From Octopus bimaculoides (lineage: Eukaryota), in the NCBI RefSeq assembly GCF_001194135.2, contig NC_068999.1, forward strand, positions 5,028,745 through 5,092,744: DNA of 64,000 nucleotides. The letters are read 5' to 3'. Positions 1 through 12,771 of this stretch are shown here, piece by piece. The translations under genes and the position numbers were made by a program. Numbering within the stretch: the first letter of the stretch is position 1; every line of letters begins with the position of its first letter. The notes under the pieces were generated by a model that was not told the origin of the DNA, made no database searches, and worked only from the letters and a program-made list of their open reading frames with translations.

Positions 1-3000
1 GGGGGGGGAGTAAAAGATCCCGAAATCAGGGACCTGATCCGAATGCTTGCAACAAACAGGCTTCCACCAAAGACACCCAGGGTGCTAAGATGGTGGTGTT
101 AAACCAAGCAGTGGATCATGTCCCCCACCCATGTAGGCTATAGCAGGATTTGAACTCAGAATGCAAAAACCCAGAACAAATATTGCTAGGCATCTCCTCT
201 GACATTTCACTATCTTCAACTGGTTCTTTAATTAAACTGTATCTGGAAAAACAGACAGGATAGTCATGCTTGGAGTGACATAGGTCATAGACACCAGCTT
301 AATTAAGATTAACCTAGGGCTAAACATCACCAGTTTCAAATCAGTATATCCTCTGCTCTTCCAACCATGCCATTCATACCTGTTGCTTTGTTGATATTTA
401 ACAAATGTAAACCTGGCACTCCCATCAATGGAACAGCCTGCTCGTGAAATTAATGTACAAGTGGCTGAGTGCTCCACAGGTATGTGTACCCTTACTGTTG
501 CTCACAGGGAGATTCAGTGTGACAAGGCTGGCCCCTTTGAAATACAAGTACCACTCAATGTGAAATAAAGTGTCTTGCTCAAGGACACAACAAACCACAA
601 GGAATTGAACTCACGACCTTAAAATTTTGAGCTGAGTGCTGTTACCATGAAGCCACATGCCTTCACTTTATTAACAAATATGATGTGACAGAAATGGTAC
701 AGCATTTAGCTGTGTCCCTTTATGCTGCAAGTTCAAATCACCCTGCTGGTGTCACCATGCGGCTGGATATCCCTATACTTTACAAAAGCTGGACCTCTCT
801 CTTCATCCATTGTTTCTTTCATCTGTTTCGTCAACTAATGTTTGCATATCATAACTCGTTAAATACTCACTTGATGATCTCAATAATTAAGGCAAGTTTT
901 TATTATGGTGATCCAGCAGCATTCTGAGTGAAGCCCTGTCCTTGTTCCAGGAATGACAGAAACGGTAAAAGAATCGTCATATTCAATGGCACTGTTGTAT
1001 TCGATGTGCCTCAATTTCAGCAGCACTTATTCAGGAAGAATGAGTGTCAGGGACAAAATTAGCCAATGGGATGTCCACTTTCACATACAGGACCCAGAAC
1101 GATCTTTTGAGGCATTTTTTTGAGGAAAAAAGTCTTGTTTTGTATATCGTCAAATGTGACATTCTAAATTCTTTGTTGTTTGTATTTCTGTCACGTTCTT
1201 TTCTGTTGGAGACCTTTTTCCTTGTATTTGTCTGGAAGATCTTTAAATTAAATACCAGCGATTATCTTGGGCTTGATTTAGTTGACTCTCCTATCAACTC
1301 CTGTAAACATATGACACAAACCCAGGTGATGGAACAGTCAAGAAATCATTAAGATTCTTCTGGTAGAATGATAGAATTGGGAGGATGGTCGTAGCATGGG
1401 CATGTCCTTCAGCCTGTGGACTGGATGTTCTGATGGAGTGCAGTGTGTGGTACTCTTTGTACTCAGGCTTCGTCTACCGTAACCCAACCAACTGCATTAG
1501 AGACAGTAAGGTCCTCATGTTGTTGCTACAGTATTTTCTCTCATGAATGGATAACCTGACATGACCTGTGAACCCCCATTTACCAGAGAAAGTTGTCCTT
1601 CTCTTTGGTTACCAACTAAAGCTGACAAGCCCAGCCTGTCCACCAGGTTATACTGCTGGTTACTCAACCATGACAAACGTAAATGCCATGAAAACAGGGA
1701 CACTGATGACAAAGTGTTGCTGTGAATATAATGTTAGAAGAGGACCATTTCTAGTGAGTTCCTGTCTTTGAAACCAGACAGTGGAATTGTTAAGGTTCTC
1801 CAATAAACGCTTTGTGGCTGTTGTTAGCACATTCCAGTAAATAACTCACACAGGGATTATTATTCTTAGTGGTGGATTGTGTCAATCGTATACAAGTAAA
1901 GACCTCTTCTCTCTACATCTATAAAAACTTCTGTTGAGTTACTTCAGTCCTACATCAACTAGAAAAATGAATTAGACTGACATGTTTATTTTGAACCTGT
2001 GGAAGGTACACGAGATGCCAAAATATCGTTCAGCCTCAAATAAGTAACTGTTGCTTTCGAGTCACACTTTTCGTCATTAAGTTGGCCTTAGTGATGGATT
2101 ACGTCAGCTATGTTTACCTTGGTGATGGATTGTGTCAATCGTATACAAGTAAAGAACTCTTCTCTCTATATCTATTATTATTAAAGCGGTGACTTGGCAG
2201 AAACGTTTGCATGCCGAGCGAAATGCTTAGCAGTATTTCATGTCTATGTTCTGAGTTCAAATTCCACTGACGTCGACTTTGCCTTTCATCCTTTCAGGGG
2301 GGTCGATAAGTACCAGTTGCGTACTGAGGTTGATCTAATCGACTGGCTCTGCTCCCCCAAAATTTCAGGCTTTGTGCCTAGAAGAGAAAAGATTATTATT
2401 ATTATTATTATTGTTATTACAGATGAGTGATAGAATTGGTAGAATGCAACAATAAATGGCAAATCTACTGGAGTTCAATTGCCACCGAAATCAAATTTAC
2501 CGTTTATCTTTTGGTTTTAAGAAACTAAGCACCAAAGTAACAAACTGGCTTTAGTTCAATCAACCCTGCCATTCCTTTATAATTACCACCTTGTGACAAT
2601 GTAAGAAAGCATCATACTACCATTGTTATTATTTTTATATTTTCTAGAGGTAAAAAAAAACCTTAATGCCAAAGCTTTCATGTCTTCCCATATCTCGTTA
2701 ACTCCTCGTTATATATTTAATTTATCGCTGCTCTTCATCAACTGTGTCAGGTTTATTGTGCCTTATTCTTCACGCCTCTTCGATATTGCTTGTCTCAATG
2801 CAGTTCTAACTGAACAGGCCCGGAGACCTCCACTCAGCACTTGAAACTGTTGGTCAAAAGTTCAGACCCTAGTCACAGCCACTGTGCTGTCTCAATTGCC
2901 CGTCTCTATAGGCAAGATTCACAACTCTTCTTCAGTTCGGCTTGTCTCTAGCTGAATAGAGGCCAAGTGAAACACACACACACACACACATGCAACATGT

Positions 3001-3927
3001 TTCAAGTGTTTAGTGGCACGAAAAGTCTATAAAATTAAATAAAAATAAAAAATATACAAAACCGAACTTGCTTCAAAGATACCATTGCAAATATGTAAAT
3101 TTGTATAACCATCCAACATAAGCAAGACTAGAATGATGTATGTAAATCCATGAATTAAAATAAAATAAACTAAAAAATAAATGTTTATCTCTTAAGTTGT
3201 CTTTATTTCATTTTGTTGGGGCAAAATTAGGTCCATTGTTGACGTTGTCGTTGCTGATGTTGTAAATCCCTTGATGAGCAATTTATTATTATTATTATTA
3301 TTATTATGCTCTCTCTCTGTCCTCTTGTTGCCATGTCTTTCTTGGATGTGCTGCTGGGTCAAAGTGTGAGAGTCAGGACAATATCCATCTTTGCTCTCAA
3401 CTACTTACACCACCACCACCACCACTACTACTATTGACACCTATAGTCTTACGCTACCAACAACCACTACTGGTACCTCTGCTGTTGCCATAGGTACTAC
3501 CACTACTACTAATACCTATACTGCTTAGGGGAAGTGAGTCCCCCCCATCTGGCACCACAGAGGTAAATTTTTCTTTATCGGTTCAGTCTGGAAGACAGGG
3601 CTGTACCATGCAGCTACAGCTGGTCGTACGAGGTTAGTCCTTGCATCTGGTACCACATGGAAGTAAGAGAATTTTAGCTGGTGTGCAAGCACTTAGTCCT
3701 TCCATGGAAACAGTGACGTGACAAAGTTGTTTTTCAATGAGAAGTGTTGCTGCAGAGTCAGGTGCAAAGTCTTCTTGAGTGCAAAGTTTTCTTATTACTG
3801 CCTTCAAAGAAAGCGTAGACATTACATAATTCCATTTTCTTCCTTCTTTCTTCACGACTGTCTTAAGATGCTTCATTGTCAGGAATATTAAAAACAAAAA
3901 CAAAAACGTCAAAGACAACAGACACTA

Positions 3928-3959
3928 TGACGTCACGTCTGCTACTCTGACGTCATTGG
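3928..3959. promoter_or_regulatory. Two perfect CRE palindromes (TGACGTCA, 3928-3935 and 3948-3955) plus reverse CCAAT
   Basis: Exact motifs 20 bp apart; could instead lie in a candidate exon 3868-4009. Confidence 0.4.
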
Positions 3960-5352
3960 AACACATTGTTCCAGAGGACATCGACACTGAAGTCTTGGAG
4001 AGTGTATCCGTAAGTAAACTAATTCCATCACCAAAAACCAGACGTGGCGTGTGATGCGGTGGAGAGTCCTGCTACTTGCATGTCCTTTGTTAGAGTATGT
4101 AGAGCGTATTGTGAACAATAGCGTCGTGATACCTTTCTAGCGCAACAATTTCTGATTAAGTATTTTTAATGATGAGAGGGGCAAGGAGGGAGGTATGTAT
4201 GTTAATGCGACAAAATAAAAAGGCAAAAACTATTTTAGCTATCTTTGACTGAAGCGGCGTGAATAAAGAAATGAAATTGATAATGGGAAATGTAAAAAAT
4301 ATAGTATGGCTTTCCTAAATTACCGAAACGAAGAAGTTAACGTTTCAAAACAAACCATTCACCATAGTTACCTTTATTTCATTTTATTTAGTTTCTGAAA
4401 ATTTTCAATAAATACTTGTTTCGAGTGAATTTTTTTCCCAAAGAATATTTCATTTTCAACAATGCTAGCTTTAATAAGTTAACTGTTTTTAACGATGGTG
4501 TTGAGAAATTAATAATAACCTTAACTATAAATCCATTCTATACACATTAATTTCTCGTGTAGTCCCCACATTTTAGATATAATATAAATAAATACGCAAA
4601 AACTTCTCTATCAATCGAATAGTTTCATAATTACATTATTTCAAAAATAGAATATTTCTTTTATCACATCTTATCTAACCTAGTCATAACAATGTGACGC
4701 CCTCCTTTATCAGTGAATCTAAAAATTAATATGATGTGGTATTTTGGAAAGTAAAAATAACACGATAGCCGACAGAAAGTAATCAAACCATTTTAATTGG
4801 TAGTAATGAAACATCTTCGTGTGACCAGTTGACCAGGAGAGAAGTTTATTCATTTAAAGAAAACCGAACAAAACAGCAAGCAGCCCTTGTAGTAAAACAG
4901 TTGTGCTATCGTCACAAAGAACTTAATACCTAGAAGCAAGGTAAATTTATATTTATATATAAATATATATCCATTTTATCCGCCCATTATTTCTGGGTGG
5001 GTTGTAGAGGTAGTCTTCAGACGCCTCATTCATAGGGTCCTATCAGAAGCAACCGTCATAATACTTTCCTGCTGGATTTCCAAGCGTGACCAACTGAAGT
5101 AATGGAACCATCTGGATATTGGTCGACTGCTAGGTCTTCTGAGTGAGGATTTCCTGTACCATTCTATCCGCATGTTCGTAGTACTGGGGCTGCGACCTCT
5201 CGTTGCGGAGAAGGGCTGTGACCGGTAATAAAGTCACAATTTTGGCTAGGAAAAAAAGTCACAATTAATTTTTGGTATCCAGACAAAACCCCCTAGGACA
5301 CCCCTCCCTCCGAACAAAACTCCTGTGACGTTTTTTTACTTGGATTTGAGAA

Positions 5353-5894
5353 GGGCATACCTGTACAAATGTGCCCCGCCACCGTTTGTTTTCGTTTCCT
5401 TTTAACTTCCAGAAAAATGGGTGCTTTTTAATGAAATCTTCTACAAACGCCTTTCAGAGTATGTAGATTACAACTCTGTTGGAATTTAATGTGGAAAAGA
5501 AAGAAAAAAAAAAACAGCATGCAGACACACATTACAATTAGATTAAAATTTCAAGTTTCATTTTGTAGATAACTGGCGCTTGCAAGCCCAGCAAATATGA
5601 AAACGAAGACAAAAATTGATCGACTTGCACGCATACAAACACTCTTCGTACATATCAACAGAATAAAATTCGGAAATTTGATTGAATTGTGATGTGTGTC
5701 AGTAGGAATGTGTGCGTGTTGGCTGGGTTTTTTTTTTTTTTTCCTTCTTTTTGTCACACTTTACATTCCAATACAATCGTAATCTACACACTCTGAAAGG
5801 TGTTTGTAGAAAATATCATTTAAAAATACCCATTTTTCAGGAAGATACGAATAAACAAAATCTGTCGAGGGCACGCTTGGGTAGGCAGTGACCC
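5353..5894. mobile_element. Old MITE with ~120-bp imperfect terminal inverted repeats
   Basis: ~5371-5490 is the reverse complement of ~5762-5874 (GAAAAATGGGT..TTTT.AATGA.AT.TTCTACAAAC.CCTTTCAGAGT.TGTAGATTAC). Confidence 0.65.
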
Positions 5895-7124
5895 AGAGAA
5901 GTATTAGCTCAAGTTGGAGTGGTTCCTTATGACATACTGAAGAGTAAGTTGGTGAAATCTATAAAGCGTCCGAGGNNNNNNNNNNNNNNNNNNNNNNNNN
6001 NNNNNNNNNNNNNNNNNNNNNNNNNNNNNNNNNNNNNNNNNNNNNNNNNNNNNNNNNNNNNNNNNNNNNNNNNNNNNNNNNNNNNNNNNNNNNNNNNNNN
6101 NNNNNNNNNNNNNNNNNNNNNNNNNNNNNNNNNNNNNNNNNNNNNNNNNNNNNNNNNNNNNNNNNNNNNNNNNNNNNNNNNNNNNNNNNNNNNNNNNNNN
6201 NNNNNNNNNNNNNNNNNNNNNNNNNNNNNNNNNNNNNNNNNNNNNNNNNNNNNNNNNNNNNNNNNNNNNNNNNNNNNNATATATATATATATATATATAT
6301 ATAAGGGTAAGTATATTAAAAGGAGTCCGTGAGAAAATTCATTTAAATGAAAGGGGGTCCTTGGTAGTGAAAAGGTTGCGAACCAATGTTGTAGACAATG
6401 GGCACTTATCTACAATTAGGGGGTCTTGGAAGAATCGGAGTTAGGTAATTATATCTATAATTCTTTTTACACTAAAAGACAGAAAACAAATTAAAAAGTA
6501 TTTTCTCGAGATTTTGTCGGAAAAAAACGGAAACCAAATAAGAAGCCAAAATAATTCTTTTTCCTATTGTCCGTCTCCATATTACCGGTGTTGCACGAAA
6601 TATTACCTTGTTTATAATCATTCCAGCCAGCTGTCTCCTGTTGGTTAATGGGTATTGTGTCAAAGCTTGTGAAAGAAGTGACTATTTTGGAGCATTCGAT
6701 CTACAGAAATATGCTTTGTTCTAACTGGTAATTAACCACTTTAGTTATTATATTTTATTTATTACTTTTATTTCCATATGCCAGGTCCCACCAAACTCTC
6801 ATGTACATTCACACACACGCACACCTCTATATTTTATCATTTCTGTAAGTTCTGCTCTTCAGACAGAACTACTTTGTGGAGCGAATACATCTCTTGTCTA
6901 TTTATTTTGTAAAACGATACACACAAACATGCATACATATATATATTTGTAGTCGGTTTATACGGTTCCATTATGTAAGTAGACAGTTTAAATGTCCGTG
7001 TCACGGGGTCAATGCTTACACGTGTTGCCCAGCGTACTTTCTGGCAGGCTTTCACTAAATTACCGATTTTTCATGTAAATATACTTAACCATCTCATTTT
7101 CTTTATTTGCATTGTGTATGTATG

Positions 7125-7130
<6 letters not shown>

Positions 7131-7208
<78 letters not shown>
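7131..7208. repeat. (AT)n microsatellite; many others, e.g. 45499-45820, 47125-47620, 56390-56445, 62570-62610
   Basis: Direct reading. Confidence 0.95.
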
Positions 7209-7212
<4 letters not shown>

Positions 7213-8175
7213 CCCGGAATAGTCGTTCATTACAGCATGGTTAGAAGAAAGCACACAAAGTTCAAAGTATGAATTTGTTTTATTAAAAACAACGAGTCCA
7301 ACAAAATGCATTTTGTTTCGTCCGAAGACTAATTAAACACACACAAGACGCTACTGAATTGCCAGTAACCATCCCGGACTTAATTACAACGAGAGCTTTT
7401 AAACTTTCCATAGCAGACAATACATTACTTGTTAAAACAACAGTGAATGTAATAGTATGTGTCTCTGTGTGTTTGTCTTTTAAATGACTAACGTGACTCA
7501 ACAATTGACAAGTTCTTTTGTTGGTGTTGTAGTCTGGTTTGGCGATATTCTGGCAGAGGTGTTGGTGGAATGGCGTGGTAGTTGCTGTAGTATGGTCGTG
7601 ATATTATAGTGTACATGGTGTGGTGATGTGCTGTTCTGTAGAAAAGTTGTAGTATGGTGAAAGGTGCTGTTGTGTGGCAGCGTTATGGTATGGGTTGGTG
7701 TTTAGTAGTGATGTTGCATTGTGTAATGTGTTCTCGTGTGGTAGGGTTTGCAGTAGTAGTGGCCAACATTATGCTAATTAACCTACCCGTTGCAGCTATG
7801 TTGTAGTTTGTCGTTAATTTAAATGCTGCTTCGTCATAAACTCATTTCATAAGCCGTGGAATGAGAAGTGGACATCACGTATCTTACGAGAGGTCAGTGA
7901 ACTGTGTAACGTGTCTGGGCGATCTCCTTTGTTTTTATGTGAACAAAGAAAGTAGTAAGACGTATTAACATCTGTTTAAAGTTTCCCAAAAAAGGGATTT
8001 AAAAATATTGATTAATCCTTTTGATACTAAACTGCCCAAAGCACTTCTTTGTTCTACAATACAAAATTCATATACAAGCAGTATATTTTGGAAGCAATAT
8101 CGTAACAAAAGGGTTAACTTCAATACAATATATCTTAAATTTTCTAACACGTATTATGCACAAGTGTTTATTAAT

Positions 8176-8206
<31 letters not shown>

Positions 8207-8569
8207 GTAAAGCAGTGAGCTGGCTGAATCATTACTGTGCTGGACAAATTCCTATGCAGCATTTCTTCCAGCTTTAAGTTCTGTGTTCAAATGCCACCGG
8301 GGTTAACTTTGCCCTTATCCTGTCAAGATTGGTAAAACAAAGTACCAGTTAAATACCAGGGTCAGTTTCGTTGACTGCCCATTCTTTCAAACCTTTGTAC
8401 CTACAGTAGAACATGTTGTTGTTGTTGTTACCTTCTCCCTTATATTTTGTTGCTCTGTTGACAGCTAACTGAAGGATTTGATATCCGTGTTGGGAAAGCT
8501 AATTACCAAAAGTCTGTGACACAATCTCTACACCACAGCTGCCATCGTTACTTCCAAGACAACAGAACA

Positions 8570-8658
8570 ATGCCAGCCAATGAAAAATATCTGGAATCTT
8601 CGGTCGATGTTCCTCCATGCCCAGTGATTAAATCCCTCAATGATTTGAGGGATTATCG
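8570..8658 (+). CDS. NRDC: NRDC coding exon 1 (MPANEKYLESSVDVPPCPVIKSLNDLRDYR); exon acceptor at 8464
   Basis: ATG at 8570, donor GTAAAT at 8659. Confidence 0.88.
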
Positions 8659-11600
8659 GTAAATCCTTCCTCTTTCTGATTAATTTGTGTCATTACTTTA
8701 GTTGTTGTTATTTAGCCCCAGGTCACTCCTGATCCAGTTGGTAGCTGTGATCAAAGGCATTGCAACCATGACCTCTCCCTAACACATTCTCACGCTCTTT
8801 CTCTCTCTCCCTCACTCATTCCCTTTCTCTCTCTCTCTCTCTCTCTCTCCTCTAGAATAATCACCTTAAACAATGGCCTGAGAGCTTTGCTGATCTCCGA
8901 TCTTCGAGACACCGATGAATACACGGAGATCTCCTTTACCAGCGACACTGAGGAATCAGATGGTGATTCTCTGCCCGATGACGTACAATCGGACCCCGAC
9001 GAATGTGAAAGTGATGGCACCCCACGCAACAAACGTTGCAACATCGGCAACAAGAAGAAGGTAAACCGAGCCCCTTCCCTCGTCACCCCAGACACACCCC
9101 AACTACACTCTGTTACAAGAAATTTTGCTGTAAACATTTCTGCTGTAGAAAAATTCACTGTAAGAAATTTCATTTTAAATGGTCTCATCACCTTTTTTTA
9201 ATGTTTGTGTCGAATAAAGATTTGTCTGTTTAATGCTGTTATTAAACCTTTTATTATTATTATTATTATTATTTTGCAGCGTGGAAGCTTTTTATAAGCC
9301 ATTTAAGAAACACACAAAAACCGTTTAGATTCACTTCAACATTTAAATTAAATTAAAATTTAAATGTGGAAGTGAATCAAACAGTTTTTGTGCGTTTCTT
9401 AAATGGCTTATAAACACCATCCACGCTGCAATTGGTTTCATTCCATCACACGATCTGAGATCAGGTTGCTTGCTATGCAAATACATCTCCGTAATATTAT
9501 TATTTTATTTCTAAAAAAAATGCTTTATCGTTGTCCATTTGATGAAATTTCCAGACTTGCTATTTACCTTCTACTCTATTCCCATTTCTGTGTATGTGTA
9601 GGTATTGTGTTTGGGGACTTTTGTAAGGAGCCCTGTCTCTTGTCTTCTGTGTGTGAAAGGGAGAGTGGAAGCATTAGTTTGTTTCTTACCCCTTTCTACA
9701 CACACACACACACACACAGTCATGCATATTTTGTTGTTGTTTTTTGTAGGCTGCTGCTGCTCTGTGTGTGGGTGTTGGGGGAATGTCAGACCCTCCAGAT
9801 ATTCAAGGATTGTCACACTTCCTGGAGCACAGTGAGTTCTCTTTTCCATATTTCCTTCTCTAATGTTTAGCAAATGTTTGAGGTAAACACCCAAGGCTGT
9901 TTACCATCGTCTGTTCTTGTTGTTTAACCCCTAAACTTTATATGTGATCCACAATGACTAAATAAGATAGGTGACACTCACGAGCCCTTTTTAAACCTTT
10001 AGCATTTAATCCAGCCATATTGGCCCCAAATATTCTACCTATTTTATGCTCAAAATTGGCAAACTGCGTCCTGCTTCAATATCAGCTTTGGCATTGTTCC
10101 TACAGCTGGGTGCTCTTCCTGATGCCAACCACTTTACTCTGTGTACCAGGGGCTTTTCTTTTTTCTTTTTTTTCTTGTTCCGCAGACACTAGTGAGGTTA
10201 CCTATGCAGATGGCACCGTTTACCTCATTTCATACTCTAAAATGTGCATTTATTACTCTATATTTTTTTTTAGTGGTGTTCATGGGAAGTAAGAAATATC
10301 CAAAAGAAAATGAATTTGATGATTTCCTTGCACGTCATGGTGGATACTCAAATGCTTGGACAGATTATGAAGCCGTATGTAGATTTGTTATTGTTTTGTT
10401 TTTTATATTTTTATATATTTTAATATGGCTATTTTGGGGCCTCATACTATTTTGATCTTCTTGAAACACTGTCAGCACACTATTTTATGCATCAACACAG
10501 CCTACAAACTATTAATTATTTATCAACATTGTACATGCAATGGCCCAGTGGTGAGGGCAGCAGACTTGCAGTCATAGGACCACAGTTTCAATTCCCAGAC
10601 TGGGCATTGTGAGTGTTTACTGAGCGAAAACACCTTAAGTTCCACGAGGCTCCGGCAGGGGTGGTGGTGAACCCTGCTGTACTCTTCCACCACAACTTTC
10701 TCTCATTCTTTCTTCCTCTTTCTGTTGTACCTGTAATTCAAAGGACCAGCCTTGTCACGCTGAATCTCCCTGAGAACTACGTTAAGGGTACACGTGTCTG
10801 TGGAGTGCTCAGCCACTTGCACGTTATTAAATGAGATGCGACATCACTGGTGCCAAGCTTTTCCTTTCCCCTTGGATAACACTGGTGGCATGGAGAAGGG
10901 AGGCCAGTATGCAAGGGGCAACTGCTGGTCTTCCATAAACAACCTTACCCGGACTTGTGCCTCGGAGGGAAACTTTCTTGGTGCAATCCCATGGTCAGTC
11001 ATGATTGAAGGGGGTCATACACACATGCTTATTTTATACATTAACACTTCATATACACCATCAGTTAATATATTGACATTCTACACACTGTTAATTTCTA
11101 TAGTAACAATACCCCTACATACTATTAACCCTGTCTACACCTTAATTTATACATTGGCAATATCTACATACTATTAATTTATGCTAATTAGCAATGGCTA
11201 CACATGGTCATTAATATTTCAACTCTGTCTTATTAGACAACGAGTTGGCAGAATCATTAATTAGCATGCCAGGCAAAATGCTGAGTGGCATTTCATGTTT
11301 TTGCATTCTGAGTTCAAATGCCACTGAGGTCAACTTTGTCATTCATCCTTTTGGGGTCAATAAAATAAGAACCAGTTGAAAGCTGGGTGGGGTCACTATA
11401 ACTAACTTTCCCCCCTCCCGATAAATTTCGGCTGTAGAACGGAATATTTTAACTCTGTCTCTACACTCAATTTTTCATCACTGTCTCTAGTTTGTTAATT
11501 AATATTTTTTTTTTTTAATTAAACTTCATTTCACAGACGGTTTTTTACTTCAACGTCCAACGGAAGTTCTTTGAGAAGGCTTTGGATATGTTTGCTCAGT

Positions 11601-12734
11601 TCTTCATCTCGCCCCTTATGCGGGAGGATAGCATCAATAGGGAGATTAAAGCTGTCGACAGTGGTAAGTGCTGCCCCCTTTTTGGATTTGCGGGGTTTGC
11701 AGGGTCGTTGGTGATGTTTATGCTGTCTGGGTTGGGCTCTAGTGTGGTCACTGGGAAACTGATCATAGATAGGACTTGGGTTAAAACTGAGATATTGGTC
11801 ATAATTGGATAGTTGGGACTTTGGTTATAGTTGAGACATTGGTCATAATTAGATTATTGATCATAGCTGTGACATTGCAAGGGAATTGGGCATAGTTGGG
11901 ACAATGGCCATAGGACAGTGGTCAGTGTGGGAATTTTTGTCATAACTGGGAAGTCGGTCACAATACAACCCCAGAGACAAGACCATGCTCTAGCTTGGCC
12001 AGAATCTTTGATTTCAATCTATTGCTGAAGAATATGGTGTATGTAATGCATATAGAACCAAGACTTGTATGGAATAGATATTATTATATGTCCAAAGTGA
12101 CCAATAATGTTGTCCACTACATCACGTATCCATCTGTTGGGTTCTCTAACATTTTCTTTGCTCTGATTCCTACAGAATTTGAAGAAGGACGTCCTGACGA
12201 TGATAATCGGTCTGCTCGTTTATTGGCCAATCTCTGTAGAACCGGTCACCCAATTGGGAATTTTATTGAAGGTAAGTAAAATCTCAAATATGGCTCTGGT
12301 CAGTTTATTATTATTATTATCATTAGACACAGGCATGGCTGTGTGTTTAAGAAGTTCAATTCCCAGCCACGTGGTTTTGAGTTCAATCTCACTGTGTGAT
12401 ACCTTGAGCAAGTGTTTGAGCTGACCGGAACTTTGTGAATAGATTTGCTCAAAGGAAACTGAAAGAAGCCTGTTGTATTTCTATGTGTGTATGTTTGTGT
12501 TTGTGCACCTTTTTCTTGACATTGCTTGTCAATTGTAAACGAGTGCCACTGTCACACAGGTGGCGTTCTTTTTTCTGAATCTTGTATGGAAAAATGTCCA
12601 GTCTCAGGGAAATATAATGTTGCTTGGAAGCAAGTGAAGGTTTGGTGACTGGAAGAGCATCTGGCCATCGAAAATTTGCCTCAGCAACGTCTGTGTAACT
12701 CATGCAAGCATGGAAAAGGGGTTGTTAAAGCTGC

Positions 12735-12771
<37 letters not shown>

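Noticed and set aside
3634-3918. 94-aa minus-strand ORF as a gene
   Set aside because: Non-ATG start in the track, no recognisable domain and no supporting exon chain.
7283-7420. Small minus-strand ORF (MESLKALVV...) followed directly by AATAAA
   Set aside because: Short, no homology recognised and no splice or promoter support; compatible with chance.
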